A DNA stretch of 64,000 nt from an uncultured Actinomycetes bacterium (lineage in GTDB: Bacteria > Actinomycetota > UBA4738 > JBBDTT01): positions 320,001 to 384,000 of the forward strand of contig CAVUMN010000003.1 of NCBI GenBank assembly GCA_963742735.1, read 5' to 3'. The notes beneath the pieces are model-generated. The model did no database searches, was not told the DNA's origin, and saw nothing but the letters and a program-made list of their open reading frames with translations. A program made the translations under genes and the position numbers. Positions 9,099-17,545 of this stretch are shown in pieces (within the stretch, counting starts at the first letter, position 1; every line of letters begins with the position of its first letter).

Positions 9099-10172
9099 CT
9101 ACGCCGGAGCGGCCAGCTCGGGGCGGGTGTCCACGCCCAGGTGGTCCCGCTCCCAGTCATAGAAGTCGTCGGTGAAGTACCGCACCCGGACCTTCTTGTA
9201 CTCCTTCGACGAGTACAGGACGGCCCGGTCGGTGAGCCCCGTGTCCGCGGCGATGGCCTCGACGACCTCCTCGCACGACTCCTTCGAGCGGCCGTGGATC
9301 ATCGAGAAAAGGTTGTACGGCCAGTCCTCGTACACGGGCCGCTGGTAGCAGTGGGAGACGTTGCGGTACGAGGCCATCAGCGGGCCGTACTCGCCGACCT
9401 TCTCCTCGGGGACCTTCCACACGGCCATCGCGTTCGCGGTGTAGCCGGCGTGTCGATGGAACAGCACGGCCGCGAACCTGCGCATGTACCCGCGGTCGAC
9501 GAACCCCTGGGCGGCCTCGAGGACCTCGTCCTCGGTCATGTCCAGGCGCCGGCCCATGGCCGCAAAGGGCCGGGGGATCAGCTCGATGTCCTCCTGGAGC
9601 TCGCGGATGATGGCGATGTCCCGGGCGGACAGCCCCGGGTCGCCCGCCTGGCCGCGCTTCCATGCCTCGAGGTACTTCGGGTCCGGCCCCGACGTCGCCG
9701 TGCGCTCGGTGACCGACCGGTTGCCGACCATGTCCAGGTCAACGCCGATCTTGAACATCCGCAGGGTCTGAAGGACCCGCGTGGCGGTGGCCCCGGTCTC
9801 CTCGTGGAGGCGGTCCACGTGGGCCTGGAGCTCGCTCGTGTATGGGACCGCCACGGTGAACCACAGGTTGAACTCGTGGTTGCGACGGTAGTTGTGGGAC
9901 ACGCCGGGATGGGCGTTGATGAGCTCGGCGGCGGCCTCGAGGCGCTCTTTCGGCACCGCCATCGCCACCAGCGAGGACCGGTACCCGAGGGCGCGCGTGT
10001 CGAAGATCGCGGAGACCTGTCGGATGACGTGCTCGTCCTTCAGCCGGCCGATCCGCTCGAGGGCGTCGTCCTCCGTCGTCCCCAGCCGCTCGCCGAGCGT
10101 CGCGAAGGGCGTCCCGGTGACGGGGAAGTCGTTCTGGATGACGTTCAGCAGCTCGCGATCGAGATCATCCAC
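9099..10172 (-). CDS. Fused siroheme decarboxylase AhbA-AhbB (NirDL-like, Lrp/AsnC fold)
   Basis: Two repeats: HPGVSHNYRR..FNLWFT and VSHCYQRP..WPYNLFSMIHG; GTG start 8 nt after TAGGGT. Confidence 0.85.
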   Translation of the reverse strand: MDDLDRELLNVIQNDFPVTGTPFATLGERLGTTEDDALERIGRLKDEHVIRQVSAIFDTRALGYRSSLVAMAVPKERLEAAAELINAHPGVSHNYRRNHEFNLWFTVAVPYTSELQAHVDRLHEETGATATRVLQTLRMFKIGVDLDMVGNRSVTERTATSGPDPKYLEAWKRGQAGDPGLSARDIAIIRELQEDIELIPRPFAAMGRRLDMTEDEVLEAAQGFVDRGYMRRFAAVLFHRHAGYTANAMAVWKVPEEKVGEYGPLMASYRNVSHCYQRPVYEDWPYNLFSMIHGRSKESCEEVVEAIAADTGLTDRAVLYSSKEYKKVRVRYFTDDFYDWERDHLGVDTRPELAAPA

Positions 10173-10237
10173 GGGAGCGAACCCTACTAGCTCATACAAT
10201 GGCCGTGCTCGCCGACCGGCCTGCGTAAGGAGATGTC

Positions 10238-11278
10238 ATGCAGGGGCGCGATCTCGCCATCGACCTCGGCACCGCCAATACGCTGGTGTACCGGCATCAG
10301 CAGGGGATCGTGTTCAACCAGCCGACGGTCATCGCCCTCAACTCCAAGAGCGGCGAGGTCCTGGCCATGGGCGACGACGCCTGGGAGATGATCGGGCGCA
10401 CCCCCGCCTACATCGTCGCCGTCCGCCCCCTTCGGCGGGGCGCCATCACCGACTTCGACATCACCCAGAGGATGATCAAGCTCATCCTCAAGCGGGTGGG
10501 GGTCACCCGCTTCGCCCGGCCGAGGGTCCTGATCTGCGTGCCGTCCGCGATCACCGAGGTCGAGCGCCGGGCGGTCGAGGAGGCGGCGACCTCGGCCGGG
10601 GCCCGGTCGGTGAGCCTGATCGAGGAGCCGATGGCCGCGGCCATCGGGGCGGGGCTCCCCATCCACGAGCCCGTCGGCAACCTTGTGGTGGACATCGGCG
10701 GTGGCACCTCGGAGATGGCCGTCGTGTCCATGGGCGGCCTGGTCACCAAGCGCGCCATCCGCGTGGGCGGGTTCGACCTTGATTCCTCGGTCCAGGCGCA
10801 CATCCGGCGGGAGTACGGCCTGGCCATCGGCGAGAAGACCGCCGAGCAGCTGAAGATCGCCATCGGCTCCGCGTACCCGACCTCCGAGTCGCGGACGGCG
10901 GAGATCCGGGGGCGCGAGGTGTCCACGGGGATGCCGAAGGTCGTCGAGCTCTCCGAGGACGAGATCCGGGAGGCCCTTTCCGAGAACGTTCGGATGATCG
11001 TGGAGGCCACCCGGCAATGCCTGTCCGAGTGCCCGCCCGAGCTCGCTCACGACGTGCTGGAGCGGGGAATCTTCCTGACCGGGGGCGGCGGCCTGCTCCG
11101 CGGGATCGAGGCCCGGCTGGCCCAGGAGTGCGAGGTGCCGGTGAACCTGACCGAGCAGCCCCTGGAGACCGTGGTGCTCGGCGCCGGCCGGCTGCTCGAC
11201 TACCTCCCCGACCTGGAGGGCAGCTTCTTCATGAGCCCGAGCGCCGGCGTGCACGGGCGTCTCGGCAAGCGCCGGTGA
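10238..11278 (+). CDS. mreB: Rod shape-determining protein MreB/Mbl
   Basis: IDLGTANT, EEPMAAAIGAG, VDIGGGTSE and LTGGGGLL motifs. Confidence 0.93.
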   Translation: MQGRDLAIDLGTANTLVYRHQQGIVFNQPTVIALNSKSGEVLAMGDDAWEMIGRTPAYIVAVRPLRRGAITDFDITQRMIKLILKRVGVTRFARPRVLICVPSAITEVERRAVEEAATSAGARSVSLIEEPMAAAIGAGLPIHEPVGNLVVDIGGGTSEMAVVSMGGLVTKRAIRVGGFDLDSSVQAHIRREYGLAIGEKTAEQLKIAIGSAYPTSESRTAEIRGREVSTGMPKVVELSEDEIREALSENVRMIVEATRQCLSECPPELAHDVLERGIFLTGGGGLLRGIEARLAQECEVPVNLTEQPLETVVLGAGRLLDYLPDLEGSFFMSPSAGVHGRLGKRR

Positions 11279-12129
11279 CGTTCTCGATCGTCGCGTTCGA
11301 TGCCGCGAACGGCGACCTGGGCGTTGCGGTCGCGTCGAGGTTCCCCGCGGTTGGCGTGGTCGTCCCGTGGGCGCGAGCGGGCGTCGGCGCCGTGGCCACC
11401 CAGGCGTGGGCGCTGACGTCGTACGGGCCCGACGGCCTCGCCCTCATGGGCGCCTCGAACTGCTCGGCTCCCGTCGCCCTCGAGCGGCTGGTGGAGGCCG
11501 ACGCGCGCCACGACGACCGGCAGGTGGGCATGGTGGATGCGGCCGGTCGGGCCGCGACGTTCACCGGCACCAAGTGCATGGACTGGGCCGGCGGCCGCAC
11601 CGGGGAGGGGTACGCCGCCCAGGGCAACATCCTGGCCGGGCCGGGCGTGGTCGACGCGATGTGCGCGGCGTTCGAGTCCACCGAGGGGGATCTCGTCGAC
11701 CGCCTGCTGGCGGCCGTGCTGGCCGGGGACGTCGCCGGCGGTGATCGCCGGGGGAAGCAGTCGGCGGCGCTCCTGGTGGTTCGGGAGCGGGGAGGGTACG
11801 AGGGCGCCACGGATCGGTACGTGGATCTCCGTGTGGACGACCACCCCGAGGCTCCCTTGGAGCTGGCCCGGGTCTTCGAGGTGTACGACCGGGAGATGCT
11901 GATCCGCAACGACCCGCTGCTGGCCGCGACGCCGGACCTGGTGGCGGACCTCCAGCGGCGACTGGCCGCCCTCGGCCGATTCGCGGGCGAGGACACCGGC
12001 GAATACGACGAGCTCACCCGCGACGCCATCGCCTCGTTCGCCGGCGAGTACAACCTTGAGGGCCGCCTGCGCGAGGACGACCAGATCTCCGACACGCTGG
12101 TACGGGAGATCCGCGACCTGACGCCCTGA
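11275..12129 (+). CDS. DUF1028 (Ntn-hydrolase-like) protein with peptidoglycan-binding C-terminus
   Basis: TFSIVA..GDLGVAVAS, GAVATQ, AQGNIL and DLRVDDH; GTGA overlap with the mreB stop. Confidence 0.88.
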   Translation: MTFSIVAFDAANGDLGVAVASRFPAVGVVVPWARAGVGAVATQAWALTSYGPDGLALMGASNCSAPVALERLVEADARHDDRQVGMVDAAGRAATFTGTKCMDWAGGRTGEGYAAQGNILAGPGVVDAMCAAFESTEGDLVDRLLAAVLAGDVAGGDRRGKQSAALLVVRERGGYEGATDRYVDLRVDDHPEAPLELARVFEVYDREMLIRNDPLLAATPDLVADLQRRLAALGRFAGEDTGEYDELTRDAIASFAGEYNLEGRLREDDQISDTLVREIRDLTP

Positions 12130-12132
12130 CCG

Positions 12133-12480
12133 TTACGGCTCGGTGAGCCGGCTGGCCAGGGCCTGGTTCACGAAGTGGGCCACCATCCAGACCGCACCCG
12201 CCCCGAACCCGGCGAGGCCGGCGACGAGGACCACGAGACGCACGACCGACCATCCGCGACGCGGCGGCTCCACCGGCGTGGGTTGGAACGCGATCGACGA
12301 GGCTGCGAGGGGGATGCCGGCGTCCGTTACCGGGAGCGCCGTCACCTCGAAGGCATCCTCGAAGCGAACCCGGCGGCGTTCCCGGCGGCCTCGGGGGAGT
12401 CCCGAGGGGCCGAGCGTGAGCCGCCAGACGACGGCGCCGGCGATGCCCGTGGCCAGGAGCAGGACGACCAGTTCCTTCAC
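12133..12480 (-). CDS. Small membrane protein
   Basis: GTG start 7 nt after TACGCT; two hydrophobic segments. Confidence 0.55.
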   Translation of the reverse strand: MKELVVLLLATGIAGAVVWRLTLGPSGLPRGRRERRRVRFEDAFEVTALPVTDAGIPLAASSIAFQPTPVEPPRRGWSVVRLVVLVAGLAGFGAGAVWMVAHFVNQALASRLTEP

Positions 12481-12574
12481 GCAGCGCAGCGTACCTCCCG
12501 TTCGAGCGCGATCCGAGCAGCGGCCTCGGCGTCGTCCGGGCGTCGCCCGACGCGCGGTGCCGTAGCCTGCGGCC

Positions 12575-13567
12575 GTGAACGACGGCGTACGTCGGGTGCT
12601 CGCGCTCGTCCCGGTCCTCGCCGCGGCGGTCGTGTTGGCGGCGGTGCCGCTGCCGTTGTTCGCCGTGGCCCCGGGACCGGCCCGCGACGTCGTGCCCCTC
12701 ATTCAGATCGAGGGCCATCGGACCTACGAGCCGTCGGGCGATCTGCTGCTGACGACGGTCACCGTCAACCACTCCACCGCCTTCGAGGCCCTCAGGGGAT
12801 GGCTGGACGAGTTCTCCGACATCGTCCCTGAGCGGCTGATCCTTCCTCCGGGCCTGACGGAGGAGGAGGAGGACCAGATCTCGCGCTCCCAGATGGACGA
12901 GAGCAAGCTGACCGCGGCCGCCGTGGCGCTGGCCCGGGTCACCGACTATCCCCAGCGGCACGGCTCCGGAGCGCTGGTCCGCCGCGTCCAGGCCGGCTCG
13001 CCCGCCGACGGCCGACTCTTCCCGGGCGACCTGATCGAACGGGTCGACGGGACGGCCGTCGGCTCGGTCGAGGACGTCGGCCGCTTGGTTCGCGCTGCAG
13101 GGATCGGCCGCCGGGTGAGCGTCGTGGTTCGCGTGGAGGACCAGACCCGGACGGTCCGGCTCCGGCCGCGCGAGCTGGAGCCCGACGGCGCGCCGAAGAT
13201 CGGAGTGGAGCTGCTGGAGAGCTTCCCGTTCCACCTGCTGATCGAGAGCGGAGACATCGGAGGGCCGTCGGCGGGGTTGATGTGGACGATCGGCGTCATC
13301 GACCTGCTGACCCCGGGCGACCTCACCGGAGGTCGCCGCATCGCCGGCACCGGGACGATCGAGGTGGACGGCAACGTCGGTCCGATCGGGGGCATCGGGC
13401 AGAAGATCGTCGCCGCGGACCGGGCGGGTGCGGACGCCTTCCTCGTGCCCCGTGCCGACATGGCGGCGGCTCGGGAGGCCCAGACGGACCTGGAGCTCGT
13501 GCCGATCGACGACCTCGAGGATGCACTCGACTACCTGGTGTCCACGTGCGACTGTCAAGGGCTCTGA
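12575..13567 (+). CDS. PDZ-domain Lon-like (S16) protease, YlbL/Rv3194c family
   Basis: IGGPSAGLM, IAGTGTI and GPIGGIGQKI motifs; PDZ segment. Confidence 0.92.
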   Translation: MNDGVRRVLALVPVLAAAVVLAAVPLPLFAVAPGPARDVVPLIQIEGHRTYEPSGDLLLTTVTVNHSTAFEALRGWLDEFSDIVPERLILPPGLTEEEEDQISRSQMDESKLTAAAVALARVTDYPQRHGSGALVRRVQAGSPADGRLFPGDLIERVDGTAVGSVEDVGRLVRAAGIGRRVSVVVRVEDQTRTVRLRPRELEPDGAPKIGVELLESFPFHLLIESGDIGGPSAGLMWTIGVIDLLTPGDLTGGRRIAGTGTIEVDGNVGPIGGIGQKIVAADRAGADAFLVPRADMAAAREAQTDLELVPIDDLEDALDYLVSTCDCQGL

Positions 13568-13635
13568 GCGTGCCTGGGCGCTCCTGAGGGGGCGGAGGCC
13601 GGGCGTATACTCGGAGCGCCTCTGAGCCGGGTGAC

Positions 13636-16299
13636 ATGACCTCCACAACGCTGCTACCGCTGCATTTCGCGTCCCATCTGTTCACGCTCGTCGTGGCTAC
13701 GGCCGCCGCGTTCGTGCTGGCCGGGCGCCAGTTCGGAACACGCCCGACGCGGCTCGCGGGCGGGCTCGGGTTCCTGACGCTGGCCGTCTACGAGGCCCTG
13801 CACGGATCGGCCCTGCTGGGGGAGACGTCGGCCGTGGGCGCCTACGTCCGCACGGCCGGATACGCGCTGATCGTCGGGTCGTCGGTCCTGTCCCGCGGCA
13901 CCTCGCTCGCCGGGGTGGCGCTCGTGGCGCCCGTGCAGGCGATGGCCCCGGCGGCGGCGGCCCTCGCCGGGGGGTTCGGGCTCGCGTGGCACTCGGACCG
14001 GGACCGGGTCCACCTGGCGCTCGCTGCCGGCCTGGTGATGATCGGGGCGGGGGAGACCCTCCTGGCGCTCTCGGAGACCGGTACCGAGGGCGCCGTCGTC
14101 CTGTCGCACGCCGCCAGGTTCCTCGGATGGGGGTTGGTGGCCGCGGGCGTCATGTCCGCCAGTCGCAAGAGCATCCGGTTCCGGTTCGTCGCCTCGTTCG
14201 CCGCCGTCCTGCTGGTGGTGGTCCTGGCCGTCTCCTCCGCCATCACGCGCGTCATCGGGGACAACCTCCGCTCGGGGGCGGCGGCCCGCGTGGCCGATCA
14301 GACCCAAGCGCTCGATGAGCGGTTCGAGCCGCAAGCGCTTGAGGCCGTCCAGCGTGCGTTCACCGCGGCGGACGGGTTCGCCAGCGCTGTGCAGGTCTCG
14401 GACCTGCCGGACAAGGAGCTGTACCGCGGGCTGCTCGAGGCGATCAACTCTCTGCTGGCCGACGTCGACTTCATGCTCGCGGTGGGTCCGAACAACGAGG
14501 TGCTCGCCCGGCGCGGTGTGAGCGCGGCGACCGCGGTCGAGCTGGCCGGATCGGACGTGACCCGTGAGGCCCTCGGCGGCCGGTTGTCCGCCTCGCTGGA
14601 CGCGTTGAACGACATCGACCTGGCGGTGTTCGGCGCCGCTCCGCTGCGGTCGCCATCCCTGCCGGGCGCGATCCTGGTCGGCTATCGGGTCGACACGGGC
14701 CGGCTGGAGCTGTTCGCCCCCGGCACCCCCGCCTTCGTGGTCCGGGGACTGGTCATCTCGGCCTCCACCGTCGAGGGCGTCCTGCCGAAGACGCTGGTCC
14801 CCGAGCCCCTCGCGTCGCGAATCGAGACCGAGGCCGTCCAGCGGGGCGAGGCGTTCGGCACGACGGCGAACCTGGGGGGCACGGACTACTTCGTGTCGGT
14901 GCGACCGATGCTCCGTACGGACGGCCGTCCGGTCGGTGCCCTGGTCGGCGTCGAGCCCTCGGAGATCCTGGCCGCCACGGAGCGGGGCGTGAATCGGGTC
15001 CTGTTCGTGGTCTCGCTCATCGCGGTGGCCGTCGCCATCCTGCTGTCCCTGTTGTTCGGCCGAAGGTTCACCCGGCCGGTGCGCCAGCTCACCGCGGCGG
15101 CCCGCCGCGTCCAGGCCGGTGACCTCTCGACCAAGGCTCCCGTATCGGGCGAGGACGAGGTGGGGGACCTGGCGGTGGCGTTCAACCGGATGACCGAGTC
15201 GTTGTCGGAGACCACCGCCTCGCTGCGGGACTCGGTCGAGCAGGAGGCGCGCGTCCGCGACCAGCTCGAGACGGTGCTGAACTCGATGGGCGACGGCCTG
15301 ATCGCGGTGGACGGCTCGGGCAAGGTCGTGACCATCAACCCGGCGGCAGAGCGCATCGCGGGCATCACCGGAAGCCGGGCGGTGGGACGCGGCCTGTCGG
15401 AGGTCCTCGTCGGCCGCACGCGAGAGGGCCGCGCGTTGTCCACGAAGGAGAACCCTTCCGGCTTCGCGTTGCTTCGCCGGAAGGGGGCCGAGGTTCCCGT
15501 GGCGATCTCATCCGCGCCCATCCGGGGCGGTGGCGACGAGCTCCTGGGCCGGGTCTACGTGATCCGCGACCGCAGCCAGGAGGCGGAGGTCGAGCGGGTC
15601 AAGCGAGAGTTCCTGGCCACGGTCTCGCACGAGCTCCGGACGCCCCTGACCCCGATCGTCGGCTACTCGGAGCTCCTCACCCGCCGGGACTTCGACGCCA
15701 CCCGGGTGACCGAGTTCGCCCGGGGGATCCTGGGCTCGGCACGGCGGATGGAGCGCATCGTCGGGATGCTCCTCGACTACTCCGCGATCGAGGCCGGCCG
15801 TATGCCGGTGGAGCCCGAGGCGGTCCAGCTGAAGCCGCTGGTCGCAAAGGTCATCGACGAGTGGCGTCCGCGGGCCCCGTCGCACGAGTTCGTTACCAGG
15901 TTCGCCACGTCGCCGCATGCGTTGATTGACGTACCGTTGTTCCGCAGAACTATGGACGAACTTCTGGACAACGCGGTGAAATACTCGCCCGACGGTGGGA
16001 CGATCACCGTCTCGGTGCGGCCCAACGGGCGTATCAACGGGAAGGCGGCGGTACAGGTGGAGGTTGCCGACCAGGGGATCGGGATCCCGGCGAAGCAGCT
16101 CCCGCGCGTCTTCCAGGACTTCCGGCAGATCGACGGCTCCGATACCCGGGCGTTCGGCGGCCTCGGCCTCGGCCTCGCCTTCGTGAAGCGCATCGTTCAG
16201 GCCCACCGCGGAACGATTACGGCGGAGAGCCGCCCGGGCAAGGGCACGACGTTCAAGATCGGGCTCCCGGCGGCCGAAGCGAGATCTCGAAGACCATGA
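13636..16299 (+). CDS. Membrane sensor histidine kinase (multi-TM, HAMP, PAS, HisKA, HATPase)
   Basis: DEVGDLAVAFNRM, SHELRTPL, LLDNAVKYS, DQGIGI and GLGLGL motifs. Confidence 0.92.
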   Translation: MTSTTLLPLHFASHLFTLVVATAAAFVLAGRQFGTRPTRLAGGLGFLTLAVYEALHGSALLGETSAVGAYVRTAGYALIVGSSVLSRGTSLAGVALVAPVQAMAPAAAALAGGFGLAWHSDRDRVHLALAAGLVMIGAGETLLALSETGTEGAVVLSHAARFLGWGLVAAGVMSASRKSIRFRFVASFAAVLLVVVLAVSSAITRVIGDNLRSGAAARVADQTQALDERFEPQALEAVQRAFTAADGFASAVQVSDLPDKELYRGLLEAINSLLADVDFMLAVGPNNEVLARRGVSAATAVELAGSDVTREALGGRLSASLDALNDIDLAVFGAAPLRSPSLPGAILVGYRVDTGRLELFAPGTPAFVVRGLVISASTVEGVLPKTLVPEPLASRIETEAVQRGEAFGTTANLGGTDYFVSVRPMLRTDGRPVGALVGVEPSEILAATERGVNRVLFVVSLIAVAVAILLSLLFGRRFTRPVRQLTAAARRVQAGDLSTKAPVSGEDEVGDLAVAFNRMTESLSETTASLRDSVEQEARVRDQLETVLNSMGDGLIAVDGSGKVVTINPAAERIAGITGSRAVGRGLSEVLVGRTREGRALSTKENPSGFALLRRKGAEVPVAISSAPIRGGGDELLGRVYVIRDRSQEAEVERVKREFLATVSHELRTPLTPIVGYSELLTRRDFDATRVTEFARGILGSARRMERIVGMLLDYSAIEAGRMPVEPEAVQLKPLVAKVIDEWRPRAPSHEFVTRFATSPHALIDVPLFRRTMDELLDNAVKYSPDGGTITVSVRPNGRINGKAAVQVEVADQGIGIPAKQLPRVFQDFRQIDGSDTRAFGGLGLGLAFVKRIVQAHRGTITAESRPGKGTTFKIGLPAAEARSRRP

Positions 16300-17489
16300 A
16301 CACGACCTCGAAGCGCCTCGTCGCCCTCCTCGCCTGCGTGGCGGTGATCGGGGCGGGCTGTGCCGGCTCCTCCGGCCCCGATCCGGTGGGCACCCTGACG
16401 CCGTTGTCGGGCACCGTCGAGATCCTGCGGGGTGAGGCCTGGGAGGTGGTCACCGATCCCCTCGAGCTCGCCCCGGGCGACCAGGTCCAGGCCAGCGAGA
16501 ACGGGGCGGCCCGGTTGCAGGTGTCCGATGCCGGCTCGATCGAGATCGGGCCGTCCAGCCGGGTCCGGCTGAAATCGAACGGGTCCGAGCTCATGCAGGG
16601 CGCGGCCCTCGCGCAGGGATCGGGGTTCGAGCTGAGCCTGGGCCGAACCACGATCTCGCCCATGGACACGGCCGCCTTCAGGGTCGACCGGGGCCTGTCC
16701 ACGACGGTCGGCGTCTATCGCGGCGTCGCGGAGATCTCCGCGCTCGGCAACCCGGTGCAGGTCGACGCCCTGTGGCAGGCGGTGATCGTCGCCAACGCGG
16801 TGCCCACGGACCCCTCGCCGCTGGTGGTCTCGCCCACCGACGCGTGGGATCAATTGATGCTCGAGGACGCGATCGACGTCGGCCTCCGGCTCCGCCGGAT
16901 CGAGCTCGGCGTCCGGGGGCAGCTCGATCGCCGGGCCGGGGCGGCCGAGCTCGTGGCCGAGGCCATGCCCGCTCCGCTGGCCCCGCAGCGGGTCCGGTCC
17001 CTGATCCGCGAGCACTCGGCCGGTGTCGGTACCGTCTTCGTGGCCCTCGCGCTGGCCACCGAGTCCGCGTCGCCGGGCGGCCTCCTTCGTACCACGAACA
17101 CGATCCTGCACCGGCTCGAGCTGGGGGCCTCCTGGATCGTGGTGGTCGCGGCGCTCGATGTGGCCCGGCCCAACCTCCTGACGGCGATCGCCCGGATCCT
17201 CGCCGCGATCCCGGGCCTGATCGATCCGGACGCAATCGTGAACGACCCCACCAGCGATCCGGGCGGCGAACCGAGTCCGAACGACCCAAGCCCGCCGGGC
17301 GGCTGCACCGGCGACGACTGTCCGCCGAGCCCGGATCCGAGCCCCACCCCCTGTCCGGAGGGCGACGACGCCTGCGCGGCGCAGGAGGCCGTGAACCAGG
17401 TCATCGAGGACATCACCGGGGGCCTGGGCGGCCGCAACGAGCCGGAGCCGACGCCGACGCCGACCCTCCCGCCGCTCATCAAGCTCTGA
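16296..17489 (+). CDS. Lipoprotein with FecR-like N-terminal domain
   Basis: Lipobox GAGC; GTVEI...LAPGDQVQA...GSIEIGPSSRV FecR-like pattern; Pro-rich tail. Confidence 0.6.
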   Translation: MNTTSKRLVALLACVAVIGAGCAGSSGPDPVGTLTPLSGTVEILRGEAWEVVTDPLELAPGDQVQASENGAARLQVSDAGSIEIGPSSRVRLKSNGSELMQGAALAQGSGFELSLGRTTISPMDTAAFRVDRGLSTTVGVYRGVAEISALGNPVQVDALWQAVIVANAVPTDPSPLVVSPTDAWDQLMLEDAIDVGLRLRRIELGVRGQLDRRAGAAELVAEAMPAPLAPQRVRSLIREHSAGVGTVFVALALATESASPGGLLRTTNTILHRLELGASWIVVVAALDVARPNLLTAIARILAAIPGLIDPDAIVNDPTSDPGGEPSPNDPSPPGGCTGDDCPPSPDPSPTPCPEGDDACAAQEAVNQVIEDITGGLGGRNEPEPTPTPTLPPLIKL

Positions 17490-17545
17490 GTCACCCCGGC
17501 ACCTAGTCCCCGCCCGATCGGTGGGGCTTTGCTACGCTGCGGAGA

